A DNA stretch of 61,878 nucleotides from an uncultured Bacilli bacterium (lineage in GTDB: Bacteria; Bacillota_I; Bacilli_A; RF39; UBA660), in contig CAKOIJ010000002.1 in NCBI GenBank assembly GCA_934086775.1, positions 1 to 61,878 on the forward strand. The letters are read 5' to 3'. A program made the translations under genes and the position numbers. The notes beneath the pieces were generated by a model. The model had not been told where the DNA came from. It saw nothing but the letters and a program-made list of their open reading frames with translations, and searched no databases. Of the stretch, positions 1 through 10,072 are shown in pieces; positions within the stretch are counted from its first letter, which is position 1; each line of letters begins with the position of its first letter.

Positions 1-1
1 T

Positions 2-514
2 AATACTTTATCAAGTACATATAATCTAACTAATTATAGTCATACAGTAAACTTTAAGATGTACCTAGGAACAAGTGATTCATTCGATACTCTTACATCA
101 TCAGGATGGTATACAGTAGAAAGAGGAACAACACCAGGCAAAACTGCAGCAGATAGTTATAATAACTCTGTTTCCTTTATAGGAGGCGTAGGACTTATGT
201 ATTCAAGTGATTATGGATACGCCGTGCTTGCAAGTGATTGCGTTAGAACAACTATAACATTTAAATATAATGAAACAGCAGCATGTTATAATAACAATTG
301 GTTATACCAAGGAAATAGCAAAAATCAATGGTTAATTAACCCTTCTGCTTCTGGCGCTAATTATGCTTTCAACCTTTTTAGAAACGGGTTTGTCAGCCTC
401 AACGCCGACGGCGTGGCGAATGCTTTGGCTTCTAGCCCAGTAATGACTTTATCAAATGATGTACTTGTAAATGGATCTGGCACTAAAACTGATCCTTATG
501 AGATAATAAATTAA
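2..514 (+). CDS. 3' part of a secreted DUF6273/DUF1566-like (lectin-fold-like) protein; 5' end lies outside the window
   Basis: The frame of ORF 59..514 stays open back to nt 2. The C-terminus (GLMYSSDYGYA ... QWLINPSASGANYAFNLFRNGFVSLNADG ... SPVMTL ... DPYEII) parallels the C-terminus of ORF 10073..11347. Confidence 0.5.
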   Translation, partial: NTLSSTYNLTNYSHTVNFKMYLGTSDSFDTLTSSGWYTVERGTTPGKTAADSYNNSVSFIGGVGLMYSSDYGYAVLASDCVRTTITFKYNETAACYNNNWLYQGNSKNQWLINPSASGANYAFNLFRNGFVSLNADGVANALASSPVMTLSNDVLVNGSGTKTDPYEIIN

Positions 515-517
515 TAA

Positions 518-546
518 GTGCAAGTAGTACAAAATCTTGCACTTTT
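518..546 (+). terminator. Intrinsic terminator candidate
   Basis: gtgcaag / cttgcac stem followed by tttt, directly after the stop at 514. Confidence 0.5.
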
Positions 547-590
547 GCATTTTAAAAAGATATTTGGTATAATTATCAGACGGAGGACTT

Positions 591-1031
591 ATGAAAATAA
601 TTCTAATTGAAAATGTAAAGGGAACAGGCAAGAAAGATGAAATCAAAGAAGTAAAAGATGGATTTGGTACATTCTTAATAAAAAATAAAAAAGCTGTTCT
701 ATATTCTAATAAAAGTAAAGAAGTTTTAAATAATGAATTAAAAGAAAGAGAACTAGAATACAACTCTCTAGTTTCAGCATGCAAAGAAATAAAAACGAAA
801 TTAGAAAAAGAAGATTTAATATTTAATGTAAAATCTGGAAAAGACGGAAAAGTATTTGGAAGCATAAGTTCTAAAATGATAAGTGAGAAATTAAAAGAAA
901 AAGGCTATGATGTAGACAAAAAGAAGATAGAAGCAGAAAACATAAATACATTAGGAAGCCACATAGTAAAAATAAACCTACATAAAGAAGTAGTTGCAAA
1001 CTTAACTGTAACACTTAAGGGTGGTGAGTAA
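591..1031 (+). CDS. rplI: 50S ribosomal protein L9
   Basis: MKIILIENVKGTGKKDEIKEVKDGFG N-terminus, 146 aa, conserved position upstream of dnaB. Confidence 0.9.
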   Translation: MKIILIENVKGTGKKDEIKEVKDGFGTFLIKNKKAVLYSNKSKEVLNNELKERELEYNSLVSACKEIKTKLEKEDLIFNVKSGKDGKVFGSISSKMISEKLKEKGYDVDKKKIEAENINTLGSHIVKINLHKEVVANLTVTLKGGE

Positions 1032-2376
1032 CTTGGCAAGAGTTGAACCTCAAAATAAAGAAGCAGAAATGAATGCTATTGGCTGTGCATTTTTAAACAA
1101 AGAAGCACTAGACAAAGTGTGTGAAGAACTAACAAGTAACATGTTTTATGATAATAAAAATTCTAAAATATTTGAATGTCTTCAAAAATTAAGAGAAAAA
1201 GAAGTGCCTATTGATCTAACGACAGTATCAAACGAACTTGAAAAAACAGAAGGAAACTCAGTTAACAGTGAATACCTAACAGAAATACTTGATTTAGTTG
1301 CAACGCCAGCAAATGTAGACTATTATATTAACATAATATTTGAAAAATACATATTAAGGACTTTAATTAATAAATCTACGAATATAATAGAAGACTGCTA
1401 CAACGAAAAAGAAGATTTGGATTCAATTGTTGAATCAGCAGAAAAAAGCATTCTAGAAGTTAACACAGGAAGACATATTAAAGAAATAAAATCAATTCAA
1501 GAAATATTAAACAAAGCACAGCAAGAACTAGAATTTCTTGCTAAAAATGGTGGGGATGTAACTGGAGTACCAACAGGTTTTATAGATTTAGATAGAAGAA
1601 CAACGGGATTACATCCAAATGAGCTAATAATAATTGCAGGACGTCCAGGTATGGGTAAATCAGCCCTTGCAATTAACATGGCTACAAATATGACTATAAA
1701 CCACAAAAAATCAGTGGCACTATTTAACCTAGAAATGGGAGCAACACAAATTGTAAACAGAATGTTTTCGTCAGTTGGACAAATTGACTCTCTTAAATTA
1801 AAAACAGGTAAAATGCAACATGAAGACTGGAAAAAATATAATGAAACACTAAGTTTGCTAGCAGATACAAAATTCTACATAGATGATACCCCAGGAATAA
1901 CTGTTTCTGAAATGAGAAGAAAATGTAGAAGACTTAAAAATAGTGATAAAGGACTGGACTGTATAATTATTGACTATTTGCAATTAGTATCAAGTTCAAG
2001 CAAATATTCAGGACAAAGAACAAACGAGGTAAGTGAAGTATCAAGAGATTTAAAAAAACTAGCTATGGAATTAGAAGTACCAGTCATAGCCTTAGCGCAA
2101 TTATCTCGTGGAGTTGAACAAAGAGAAGATAAACGTCCTTTAATGAGCGATTTAAAAGAATCAGGTTCAATCGAACAAGATGCAGATATCGTAATGTTTT
2201 TATATTGCGAAGATTATTATAAATTCAAATCAAAAGATAGACCAACACTTTCACCAACGGAATTAATAATAGCAAAACATAGAAGTGGAAGTACTGGAGT
2301 AATAGATTTAATGTTTGAAAGGAGTTATACTAATTTCAAAAATGTCTTAAGAAGTGAGGAAAATAACAATGAATAA
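1021..2376 (+). CDS. dnaB: Replicative DNA helicase DnaB
   Basis: N-terminal PQNKEAEMNAIGCAFL motif, Walker A GRPGMGKSA, LAQLSR and DADIVMFLY motifs. The start may be TTG 1033 rather than GTG 1021. Confidence 0.95.
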   Translation: MVSNLARVEPQNKEAEMNAIGCAFLNKEALDKVCEELTSNMFYDNKNSKIFECLQKLREKEVPIDLTTVSNELEKTEGNSVNSEYLTEILDLVATPANVDYYINIIFEKYILRTLINKSTNIIEDCYNEKEDLDSIVESAEKSILEVNTGRHIKEIKSIQEILNKAQQELEFLAKNGGDVTGVPTGFIDLDRRTTGLHPNELIIIAGRPGMGKSALAINMATNMTINHKKSVALFNLEMGATQIVNRMFSSVGQIDSLKLKTGKMQHEDWKKYNETLSLLADTKFYIDDTPGITVSEMRRKCRRLKNSDKGLDCIIIDYLQLVSSSSKYSGQRTNEVSEVSRDLKKLAMELEVPVIALAQLSRGVEQREDKRPLMSDLKESGSIEQDADIVMFLYCEDYYKFKSKDRPTLSPTELIIAKHRSGSTGVIDLMFERSYTNFKNVLRSEENNNE

Positions 2377-3850
2377 TAAAAGTATATATTGGGCTATAGT
2401 ATCAATTATATTACTAAGTAGTCTAATATTTATACTAGGAACAGGTCGTAAAAGTCTTGAAAATGAACCAATGACTGTTTATGAAGTGTACCTAGATGGA
2501 AATTCTCTTGGAATAATCGAGGATGAAAAAGAACTTTATAGTTTAATTGACAAAGAGCAAGAAACTTTAAAAAAGAAATTTGGAGTAAACAAAATATATG
2601 CACCAATAGGTTTAGAAACTACTAAACTTCTAACATATAAAGGAGAAGTAGAAAAAGCATCAAGTGTATACGAAAAATTAAAAGACAAAGCGGAGTTTAC
2701 TATAAAAGGTTATGAAGTAACTATTAACTATGATGAAAAAAACAACATAAAACTAAATGTACTTAAAAAAGAAGATTTTGATGAAGCAGTTGATAACACT
2801 ATAAAAGCATTCGTTGATGAAAAACAATATGAAGCTTACTTAAATGGTAAACAAACAGAAATAAAAACTACAGGTTCAACTATTGAAAACGTAAAAATAG
2901 GCGAAGACATTAGTGTAAAAGAAAAATATCTTAATGCAAAAGCAGAAATATTTACAGACGTAAACACACTAAGTAAATACTTATTATTTGGAACAACTGA
3001 ATCTCAAGGTACTCACATAGTTACTGGAGGAGAAACAATATCAGACATAGCGGATAAATACCAGTTAAGTACAAAAGAGTTTTTAATAGTTAACCCATCA
3101 ATAACAGGAGAAAATGCTCTTTTATTTGCAGGTCAAACAGTAAACATAGGATTAATTAATCCTAAAATAAGTATAGTAGTAGAAAACACCCTAATAGAAG
3201 ACAAAAATGTGGACTATAAAAGAGAAATAAAATATGATAAAAAATTAATGGTAGGTACTACTTACACAGAACAAAAAGGACAAGATGGTCTAAACAGGGT
3301 AAAATACTATACAGAAACAATAAATGGACAAATAACACAAGTTGTACCAATGTCATCTGAAGTTATAACACCAGTTGTAAATGAAGTAGTTATAAAAGGT
3401 GGTTTATCTAGTAACTATCTAGGAGATACAGGTGCATGGGCTTGGCCAACTAACCCAGGATACATGATAGTTTCTACATTTGGATATAGATGGGACCCTG
3501 TATATAAAAATCCTGATGGTTCTCCAAAACGTGAATTTCACAGAGGAATAGACATTTGTGGTACTGGTTTTGGATCTCCAATTTATGCAGCAAATTCAGG
3601 AACAGTTATAAAGGCAACATACCACTATGAAATGGGAAATGTAATATATATTGACCATGGGAAGGGATATGTTACAATATACATGCACATGACTAAATTT
3701 GCATCGAACATTAAAGTAGGATATGCAGTAGAAAAAGGAGAACAAATAGGATATATGGGTTCAACAGGTAAAAGTACTGGAACACACGTAGACTTCAGAG
3801 TAAAATATAATGATGAATACATTGACCCACTACTACTAAATTACAGATAA
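2369..3850 (+). CDS. Membrane-anchored LysM / G5 / M23 metallopeptidase
   Basis: N-terminal TM helix, LysM (HIVTGGETISDIADKYQLSTKEFLIVNP), a G5-like segment, and M23 motifs HRGIDI and HVDFRV. ATG 2369 follows a GAGGA RBS; the track start 2354 is GTG. Confidence 0.85.
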   Translation: MNNKSIYWAIVSIILLSSLIFILGTGRKSLENEPMTVYEVYLDGNSLGIIEDEKELYSLIDKEQETLKKKFGVNKIYAPIGLETTKLLTYKGEVEKASSVYEKLKDKAEFTIKGYEVTINYDEKNNIKLNVLKKEDFDEAVDNTIKAFVDEKQYEAYLNGKQTEIKTTGSTIENVKIGEDISVKEKYLNAKAEIFTDVNTLSKYLLFGTTESQGTHIVTGGETISDIADKYQLSTKEFLIVNPSITGENALLFAGQTVNIGLINPKISIVVENTLIEDKNVDYKREIKYDKKLMVGTTYTEQKGQDGLNRVKYYTETINGQITQVVPMSSEVITPVVNEVVIKGGLSSNYLGDTGAWAWPTNPGYMIVSTFGYRWDPVYKNPDGSPKREFHRGIDICGTGFGSPIYAANSGTVIKATYHYEMGNVIYIDHGKGYVTIYMHMTKFASNIKVGYAVEKGEQIGYMGSTGKSTGTHVDFRVKYNDEYIDPLLLNYR

Positions 3851-4602
3851 TGAAAATAGCAGTATTAGGAAGTGGTTCAAAAGGAAACTCTACATATATA
3901 GATTTAGGAAATAAAAAGATCTTAATAGATGTAGGGTTTTCCTATAAACAAATCAAAGAAAAATTAAAAATAATAAATGTAGATCCAAAAGAAATATCTG
4001 CGGTATTAATAACACATGATCATAGTGACCATACATATGGTTTAAAAGTATTTCTAAAAGAAGTAAAACCAGATTTATTCATAACTCCTGAAGTTGAAAA
4101 AGAAGTACTTGGTTTCTCGTATGAAAAAAGTATATATCTAACTGATGAAAACTACTACTATGGTTCACTTTTCAAAACAATACCAACAAGTCATGATGCA
4201 ATAACTTCTAACGGTTACCTAATAGAAAACAATGAAGAAAGTTTGGTATATATAACTGATACAGGTTATATAAATTTAAGGCATGTAACGTATTTAAAAA
4301 ACAAAAATTACTATATAATAGAAAGTAATCACGATACAGAAAAACTAATAAAAGGACCTTATCCTGAATACTTACAAAGAAGAATACTTTCAGATAAGGG
4401 ACACTTATCAAATGAATTATGTGCGGGTTATCTGAGCAGACTAATTGGAAAAGATACCAAAAAAGTAGTGTTGGCCCATTTATCTGAAACAAATAACACG
4501 GAAGAATTAGCGCTTACAACGAACAAAAGAATACTAAAAGAAAATGAAATAGATTTTAAAGACATAGTATGTGCTAGCGAAGAAAAGGTATTGATAATAT
4601 GA
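3850..4602 (+). CDS. yycJ: MBL-fold metallo-hydrolase, YycJ/WalJ-like
   Basis: ITHDHSDH metallo-beta-lactamase motif, ~250 aa, conserved position upstream of rlmH. Confidence 0.75.
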   Translation: MKIAVLGSGSKGNSTYIDLGNKKILIDVGFSYKQIKEKLKIINVDPKEISAVLITHDHSDHTYGLKVFLKEVKPDLFITPEVEKEVLGFSYEKSIYLTDENYYYGSLFKTIPTSHDAITSNGYLIENNEESLVYITDTGYINLRHVTYLKNKNYYIIESNHDTEKLIKGPYPEYLQRRILSDKGHLSNELCAGYLSRLIGKDTKKVVLAHLSETNNTEELALTTNKRILKENEIDFKDIVCASEEKVLII

Positions 4603-5036
4603 TAAAAATAGTATGTGTAGGAAAAATAAAAGAAAAATATTTATTTGATGCAATAAATGATTACTTAACGAGACTCACAAAATATCATAAAGTAGAAATT
4701 ATAGAACTAAAAGATAGTGATATTCAAAAAGAAAAAGAAGCTATTCTAAGTGTAATAAATAAAAATGACTATATAATCAGTATGGCAATTGAAGGAAAAG
4801 AGTATTCATCTTTAGAATTACATTCTAAAATAGAAAATTTACTAATAAATGGAAAATCAAATATTACCTTTATAATTGGTGGAAGTGATGGAATACATAA
4901 AGAAATTAAAGAGATTTCAAATGAACTAATGTCTTTTTCAAAACTAACATTTCCACATGGAATATTTAGATTACTTCTATTAGAACAACTTTATAGAATT
5001 TTCAAAATAGAAAACGGGGAATCGTATCACAAATAG
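4599..5036 (+). CDS. rlmH: 23S rRNA (pseudouridine1915-N3)-methyltransferase RlmH
   Basis: MIKIVCVGKIKEKYLFDAINDYLTRL SPOUT-type N-terminus and IGGSDG motif, 145 aa. Confidence 0.9.
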   Translation: MIKIVCVGKIKEKYLFDAINDYLTRLTKYHKVEIIELKDSDIQKEKEAILSVINKNDYIISMAIEGKEYSSLELHSKIENLLINGKSNITFIIGGSDGIHKEIKEISNELMSFSKLTFPHGIFRLLLLEQLYRIFKIENGESYHK

Positions 5037-5062
5037 AAGTGCCTTAGGCACTTCTATTTCCT
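5035..5062 (+). terminator. Intrinsic terminator after rlmH
   Basis: agaagtgcc-tta-ggcacttct perfect 9-bp stem followed by a T-rich tract. Confidence 0.7.
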
Positions 5063-5139
5063 TTCTGTAAAATAATACTTAGTAATATAGAAAAAACTAC
5101 ATAAATATGTTATAATTATTACCGTAAGGGAATAAAATA

Positions 5140-6018
5140 ATGGGAAAGATAAATAAAAAAAATACAATAAATTTAATTTTGTTAATACTAGGGTGTTTCT
5201 TATCAGCAATAACATTTAATATTTTATGTGCTCCACAAAACTATGTAACTGGAGGAGTAACAGGTATTGGTGTAATATTTGATTACTTATTTAACATACC
5301 AGTATCAAAAGTATTACTAATAGGAAACATATTACTATTAGTAATAGGAATACTTGTACTAGGTTTTAAAGGAACAGCGCCATCAATTTTAGGAACAATT
5401 GTCTATACACTAGCAATATATATAACAGAAGGAATAAACTCCAGCTTAAATATTAACTTAAATTCAGTATTCCTAGATGTTGTAGTAATTGGTATACTTT
5501 TTGGAGTAAGTAGCACTATGATATACCTAGCCGGATACTCATCTGGTGGTTCTGATATCTTAGCACTAATATTTAAAGAAAAATTTAAAATTCCAATGGG
5601 AAAGTCACATCTAATAATAAATGCAATTATTTTAACACTAGCAACATTTGTATTTGGAATAAGGATGTTAGTAATAGCCCTACTAATAAAATTTATTGAA
5701 AGCAGGCTAATAGATAACTTCCTAATAGGAATAAGTGATTCCAAAGTATTATTTATAAATACAAAAAATGAAGAAGAAATAAAAGATTACATAATTAACA
5801 AAGCAAAAAGTGGTGTTAGTGTAGTAGATGTAAAAAGTGGATACAAGAATGAAAAAATAAGTCTGCTAATGTGCGTAGTACCAACTGAAAGATATTTAAA
5901 ACTTAAAGAAGAAATAATAAAAATTGATAAAAAAGCATTTATAACAGTGCTAGACTCATACGAAGTATATGGAGGGACAAACAGGTATAAATTGCCACTT
6001 CACGATTTAAGAATATAG
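5140..6018 (+). CDS. YitT-family membrane protein (C-terminal DUF2179-type domain)
   Basis: Multi-pass hydrophobic N-terminus plus a soluble C-terminal domain ending in VLDSYEVYGG, typical of the YitT family. Confidence 0.75.
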   Translation: MGKINKKNTINLILLILGCFLSAITFNILCAPQNYVTGGVTGIGVIFDYLFNIPVSKVLLIGNILLLVIGILVLGFKGTAPSILGTIVYTLAIYITEGINSSLNINLNSVFLDVVVIGILFGVSSTMIYLAGYSSGGSDILALIFKEKFKIPMGKSHLIINAIILTLATFVFGIRMLVIALLIKFIESRLIDNFLIGISDSKVLFINTKNEEEIKDYIINKAKSGVSVVDVKSGYKNEKISLLMCVVPTERYLKLKEEIIKIDKKAFITVLDSYEVYGGTNRYKLPLHDLRI

Positions 6019-6045
6019 AAGTATAATTTAATTAGGAGGTAAAAA

Positions 6046-6732
6046 ATGAATTTAATAGAAGTAAAAAACGTTTATAAACAATATAAAAATGGTGTAACAG
6101 CATTATCTGATGTAAGCCTTTCAGTACCAAAAGGCTCTTTTGTCTTTATAATTGGTTCAACAGCATCAGGAAAAAGTACCCTAATAAAATTACTTTATAG
6201 ACAAGAAAAACCTTCAAGAGGAGAAGTCTATGTAGGTGGAATAAATGTAGCAAAACTAAAAAATAGAAAAGTATACAAATTAAGAAGAAAACTGGGAATA
6301 GTATTTCAAGATTATAAGTTACTTCCAAATCTAACCGTTTATGAAAACGTTGCCTTTGCATTAGAAATATATGGATTACCTGAAAAATTAGTAAGGAAAA
6401 AAGTCATGAATGCAATTGAAAAGGTTGGATTAAAAGAAAAGTTTAGAAGTTATCCTGACGACTTATCAGGTGGAGAACAACAAAGAGTATCGATAGCAAG
6501 AGCAATAGTAAACAGTCCAAAAATATTAATATGTGATGAACCAACAGGTAACTTAGACCCAGCAACATCAATGGGAATAATGGAAATAATTAACAAAATA
6601 AATGAAGATGGAACAACAGTAATAATGGCAACACATGACAAAGATATAGTTAATGCATACAAAAAAAGAGTAATCAAAATCTCAAAAGGCATAGTAACTG
6701 GTGACAAAGAGAAAGGTGGTTACATAGAATGA
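6046..6732 (+). CDS. ftsE: Cell-division ABC ATPase FtsE
   Basis: Walker A GSTASGKST, signature LSGGEQQRV, Walker B ILICDEP; overlaps ftsX by ATGA. Confidence 0.9.
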   Translation: MNLIEVKNVYKQYKNGVTALSDVSLSVPKGSFVFIIGSTASGKSTLIKLLYRQEKPSRGEVYVGGINVAKLKNRKVYKLRRKLGIVFQDYKLLPNLTVYENVAFALEIYGLPEKLVRKKVMNAIEKVGLKEKFRSYPDDLSGGEQQRVSIARAIVNSPKILICDEPTGNLDPATSMGIMEIINKINEDGTTVIMATHDKDIVNAYKKRVIKISKGIVTGDKEKGGYIE

Positions 6733-7628
6733 ACAAATTAAGAATAATTAAGAACAATATAAAAGATGCTTTCAAAAGTGTGTTTAGAAACTTTTCCTTA
6801 AGTGTAGCAAGTGTATCATGTATATCAATTACACTCGTTTTAGTAGCAGTTGCTATTTTGTTAAAAGAAAACGTAAATAACTTCACAAATGATATAGAAA
6901 AAGATGTAACAATAGTAGTATATATAACAAAAGAGAGCACTGAAGAAGACAAATCAGCTTTAAAAACTAAAATAGAATTATTAACTAATATAGATAATAT
7001 AACATTTATGTCAAAAGAAGAAATAAAAAAAGAAATGAGCAAAGATTCAGAAGAAATAGGAAAAATACTTGATGAATATAATGAAGAAACTAATCCATTA
7101 TTAGATGAATACCTAGTAAAAGTAAAAGATGCAGAGAAAATAAGTATAACAGCAAAAGAAATACAAAATATGGCTAATGTTTACCAGGTTAAATATGGAG
7201 AAGGAATGGTAGAAGAATTAGTTAAAATATTTGACATAGTAAAGAAAATTATGATTATTGTTGTTATAGCTCTAGTAGTAGTAACTGCTTTTCTAATAAG
7301 TAATACTATTAAAATATCAATAAATAGTAGAAAAAGACAAATAGAAATAATGAGGCTAGTAGGTGCATCTAATACATACATAAAACAGCCATTTTTTATA
7401 GAAGGTATAATACTAGGAATATTGGGTAGTATCCTTCCGATAATAGGTGTATCATATGGTTACATATATCTATATAATAAAATGAATGGAATACTATTCA
7501 CAGAAGTAATAACATTAATAAATCCTGACAAAATATTACTATCTATAATACTAATAACATCCTCAATAGGTATAGTAGTAGGTGCGCTTGGATCAGCAAG
7601 AGCAGTAAGGAGGCATTTAAAAATATAA
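6729..7628 (+). CDS. ftsX: Cell-division permease-like protein FtsX
   Basis: TM1, a large extracellular loop and 3 C-terminal TM helices; translationally coupled to ftsE. Confidence 0.85.
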   Translation: MNKLRIIKNNIKDAFKSVFRNFSLSVASVSCISITLVLVAVAILLKENVNNFTNDIEKDVTIVVYITKESTEEDKSALKTKIELLTNIDNITFMSKEEIKKEMSKDSEEIGKILDEYNEETNPLLDEYLVKVKDAEKISITAKEIQNMANVYQVKYGEGMVEELVKIFDIVKKIMIIVVIALVVVTAFLISNTIKISINSRKRQIEIMRLVGASNTYIKQPFFIEGIILGILGSILPIIGVSYGYIYLYNKMNGILFTEVITLINPDKILLSIILITSSIGIVVGALGSARAVRRHLKI

Positions 7629-8839
7629 TGAAAAAAACGAAAATACTAATTATATTATTGATGTCTTTCATAATAATATACCCTAGTTCATTAGAAGCTG
7701 CTAGAAGAACATATGGAGATTTACTAGATGAATTAGCTGCTCTAAAAAAAGAAAAACAAGACAAAGCAAATAAAAAAGCACTTACAGAAAAAGAATACAA
7801 TAATGTATCAACGAACATTCAAGAAACTGACAACAAAATAAATGAATTAGATTTACAAATACAAGAAACAATAAAAAAAATAGAGGATTTAAATGTTCAA
7901 ATAAATAATAAAAAGTCAGAAACAAAAAGTATTTTAGTATTTTTTCAAGTATCAAATGGAGAAAAATCATATCTAGAATACATATTTAAAGCAAAATCGT
8001 TTACAGACTTCATTCACAGAGTATCTGTAGTTGATGAATTAAGTAGATATAACAAAGAACTTATAAATGAAATGAATGATTTAATAAAACAAAACAACAT
8101 ATTACAAGAAGAACTAGAAAAACAAAAAAATGAAGAAGAAAAAGAAAGAAAAACGTTAAAAGGACAATTGAATAGTTTGGGAACACAAATAAATAAATTA
8201 TATAATTTAGGACTAGATCTAGATGGGGAAATAAAAGATTTAGAAGAAGAAGTAACAAAATATAAAAACAGAGGTTGTAAAAAAAGAAGTGACATACTAG
8301 CTATATGTGGTAAAACTACAAACATCCCGTATGACACAGGTTTTATAAGGCCAGTACCTGGAGACATGATATCAAGTAGATATGGAATAAGGAAAAGCCC
8401 AATAACAGGTAAAATAGAAGGACATACTGGAACAGATATAGCGGTGGTAGGATCCAAAGAAGGTGCACCAATATATGCAGCAGCTGATGGTGTGGTTTAT
8501 AAGAAATATAAAGTCAACTGTGGAGGACAAATGTTAGTTCTTCATCATAATATAAAAGGACAACCCTATACAACGATATATATGCATCTATTAAGTTTTG
8601 GGGATTATGATGTAGGAGATGTAGTATCAAAGTATGATATTATAGCTTATATGGGCGGAGGACCTACAACAGCAACAAAATTTGGAAATCCTGGTTCATA
8701 TGATGGTTGTTCTACTAATACCCATCTTCATTTCACAATAGCTAAAGGACATATAAGTTTATCAGGATACAGAAATTATATAGTAAATCCAGAAAACTAC
8801 GTATATTTCCCATACAGATTTTCAGGAAGAACGTGGTAA
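7628..8839 (+). CDS. Secreted coiled-coil M23 peptidase (EnvC/PcsB-like FtsEX partner candidate)
   Basis: Signal peptide, ~200 aa K/E-rich coiled coil, C-terminal M23 motifs HTGTDI and HLHFTI; start overlaps the ftsX stop. Confidence 0.8.
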   Translation: MKKTKILIILLMSFIIIYPSSLEAARRTYGDLLDELAALKKEKQDKANKKALTEKEYNNVSTNIQETDNKINELDLQIQETIKKIEDLNVQINNKKSETKSILVFFQVSNGEKSYLEYIFKAKSFTDFIHRVSVVDELSRYNKELINEMNDLIKQNNILQEELEKQKNEEEKERKTLKGQLNSLGTQINKLYNLGLDLDGEIKDLEEEVTKYKNRGCKKRSDILAICGKTTNIPYDTGFIRPVPGDMISSRYGIRKSPITGKIEGHTGTDIAVVGSKEGAPIYAAADGVVYKKYKVNCGGQMLVLHHNIKGQPYTTIYMHLLSFGDYDVGDVVSKYDIIAYMGGGPTTATKFGNPGSYDGCSTNTHLHFTIAKGHISLSGYRNYIVNPENYVYFPYRFSGRTW

Positions 8840-8840
8840 A

Positions 8841-9758
8841 ATGTCATATACAAGTAATATAAAAAATGAAATTCTTAACTTAGAATACTCTGAAACAGAA
8901 CTCATATCAGAATTATCAGCGATAGTAAATATAAGTGGTGAAATAACTAAAAATGAATTTTCTATATATACAGAAAACATAGGAGTATCCAGAAGAATAT
9001 ACAAATTAATAAAAGATTTATTTGGAGTAGAAGTAAACATAGAAAAAGAAGAAATAAATAGACTTAATAAAAACTATCTTCTTCACATAAAAGTAAAAGA
9101 TGCAGAAAAAATACTAAAAGCACTAAACATAATAGATGAAAAAGGTAGAAGAAAATATAAACCTGATAAATTCTTATGTGAAAATGTTGAAGAAAAAAAA
9201 TCTTATTTAAGGGGTGCTTTCCTAATATGTGGAAGCGTTAACGACCCAAAAACAAGTAGATATCATCTTGAATTTATAATAGACAATAAAATAATAGCTG
9301 AGTACATAAATGACTTATTAAATGAGCTTAACTTCAGTAGTAAAATACTAAAAAGAGAAAAACATTTCATGGTTTACATAAAAGAAAGTGAAAAAATAAG
9401 TGACTTTATAAAACTACTTAATGCTTATAATAATTTATTTTATTATGAAGATATAAGAATATATAGAGATCATAAAAATATGACTAATAGACTAAACAAT
9501 TGTGAACAAGCCAATATAGATAAAATAGTTTTTTCTTCGAATGAACAATTAGAAAACATAAAAAAACTAAAAGAAAGAGAAGACTTCGATCTATTAGATG
9601 ATAAAATAAAAGAAATATGCTTATATAAAGAAAAATATCCAGAAAGCTCTATGCAAGAACTTGCAGAAATAATGTCTATTGAAACAAATAATAAAATAAC
9701 TAAAAGTGGTGTTAATCACAGATTTAGAAAAATTAAAGAAATGGTTAAAGATAAATAA
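8841..9758 (+). CDS. whiA: DNA-binding protein WhiA
   Basis: MSYTSNIKNEI N-terminus, LAGLIDADG-like middle (YLRGAFLICGSVNDP), C-terminal HTH (SGVNHRFRKI). Confidence 0.9.
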   Translation: MSYTSNIKNEILNLEYSETELISELSAIVNISGEITKNEFSIYTENIGVSRRIYKLIKDLFGVEVNIEKEEINRLNKNYLLHIKVKDAEKILKALNIIDEKGRRKYKPDKFLCENVEEKKSYLRGAFLICGSVNDPKTSRYHLEFIIDNKIIAEYINDLLNELNFSSKILKREKHFMVYIKESEKISDFIKLLNAYNNLFYYEDIRIYRDHKNMTNRLNNCEQANIDKIVFSSNEQLENIKKLKEREDFDLLDDKIKEICLYKEKYPESSMQELAEIMSIETNNKITKSGVNHRFRKIKEMVKDK

Positions 9759-9765
9759 CCATTTC

Positions 9766-9996
9766 TTATTTTATTCTAGGATAAGGTTCTATAGTATTAG
9801 TAATTCCTAAAATATAATCTGTACTAGTATTATAATAAAAAGCTAGCTTTTTTAATAGTTCTAAAGGAATCCCTATCTTCTCAAGTTCATACTTACTGTA
9901 ATTGCTTTGATCAATTTTAAAAAGTTCAGCAATATCTTTCTGCGTTAAATCTTTATCTTCTCTTAAATCTTTTAATCTATTCATTCTCTTCACCAC
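9766..9996 (-). CDS. XRE-family HTH transcriptional regulator
   Basis: LKDLREDKDLTQKDIAELFKIDQSNYSKYE helix-turn-helix, 76 aa; divergent from ORF 10073. Confidence 0.8.
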   Translation of the reverse strand: MVKRMNRLKDLREDKDLTQKDIAELFKIDQSNYSKYELEKIGIPLELLKKLAFYYNTSTDYILGITNTIEPYPRIK

Positions 9997-10026
9997 TTTA
10001 ATTATAAAATAGGTAATTTATAACTA

Positions 10027-10055
10027 TTGACAATTAGGTAAATATTACCTATAGT
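10027..10055 (+). promoter_or_regulatory. Sigma-A-type promoter with an embedded palindromic operator candidate
   Basis: TTGACA (10027..10032), 17-nt spacer, TATAGT (10050..10055). The spacer contains the perfect palindrome AGGTAAATATTACCT (10036..10050), and a half-site AGGTAATTTA lies at 10011..10020. Confidence 0.45.
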
Positions 10056-10072
10056 TTATACTAGGTGATGAT

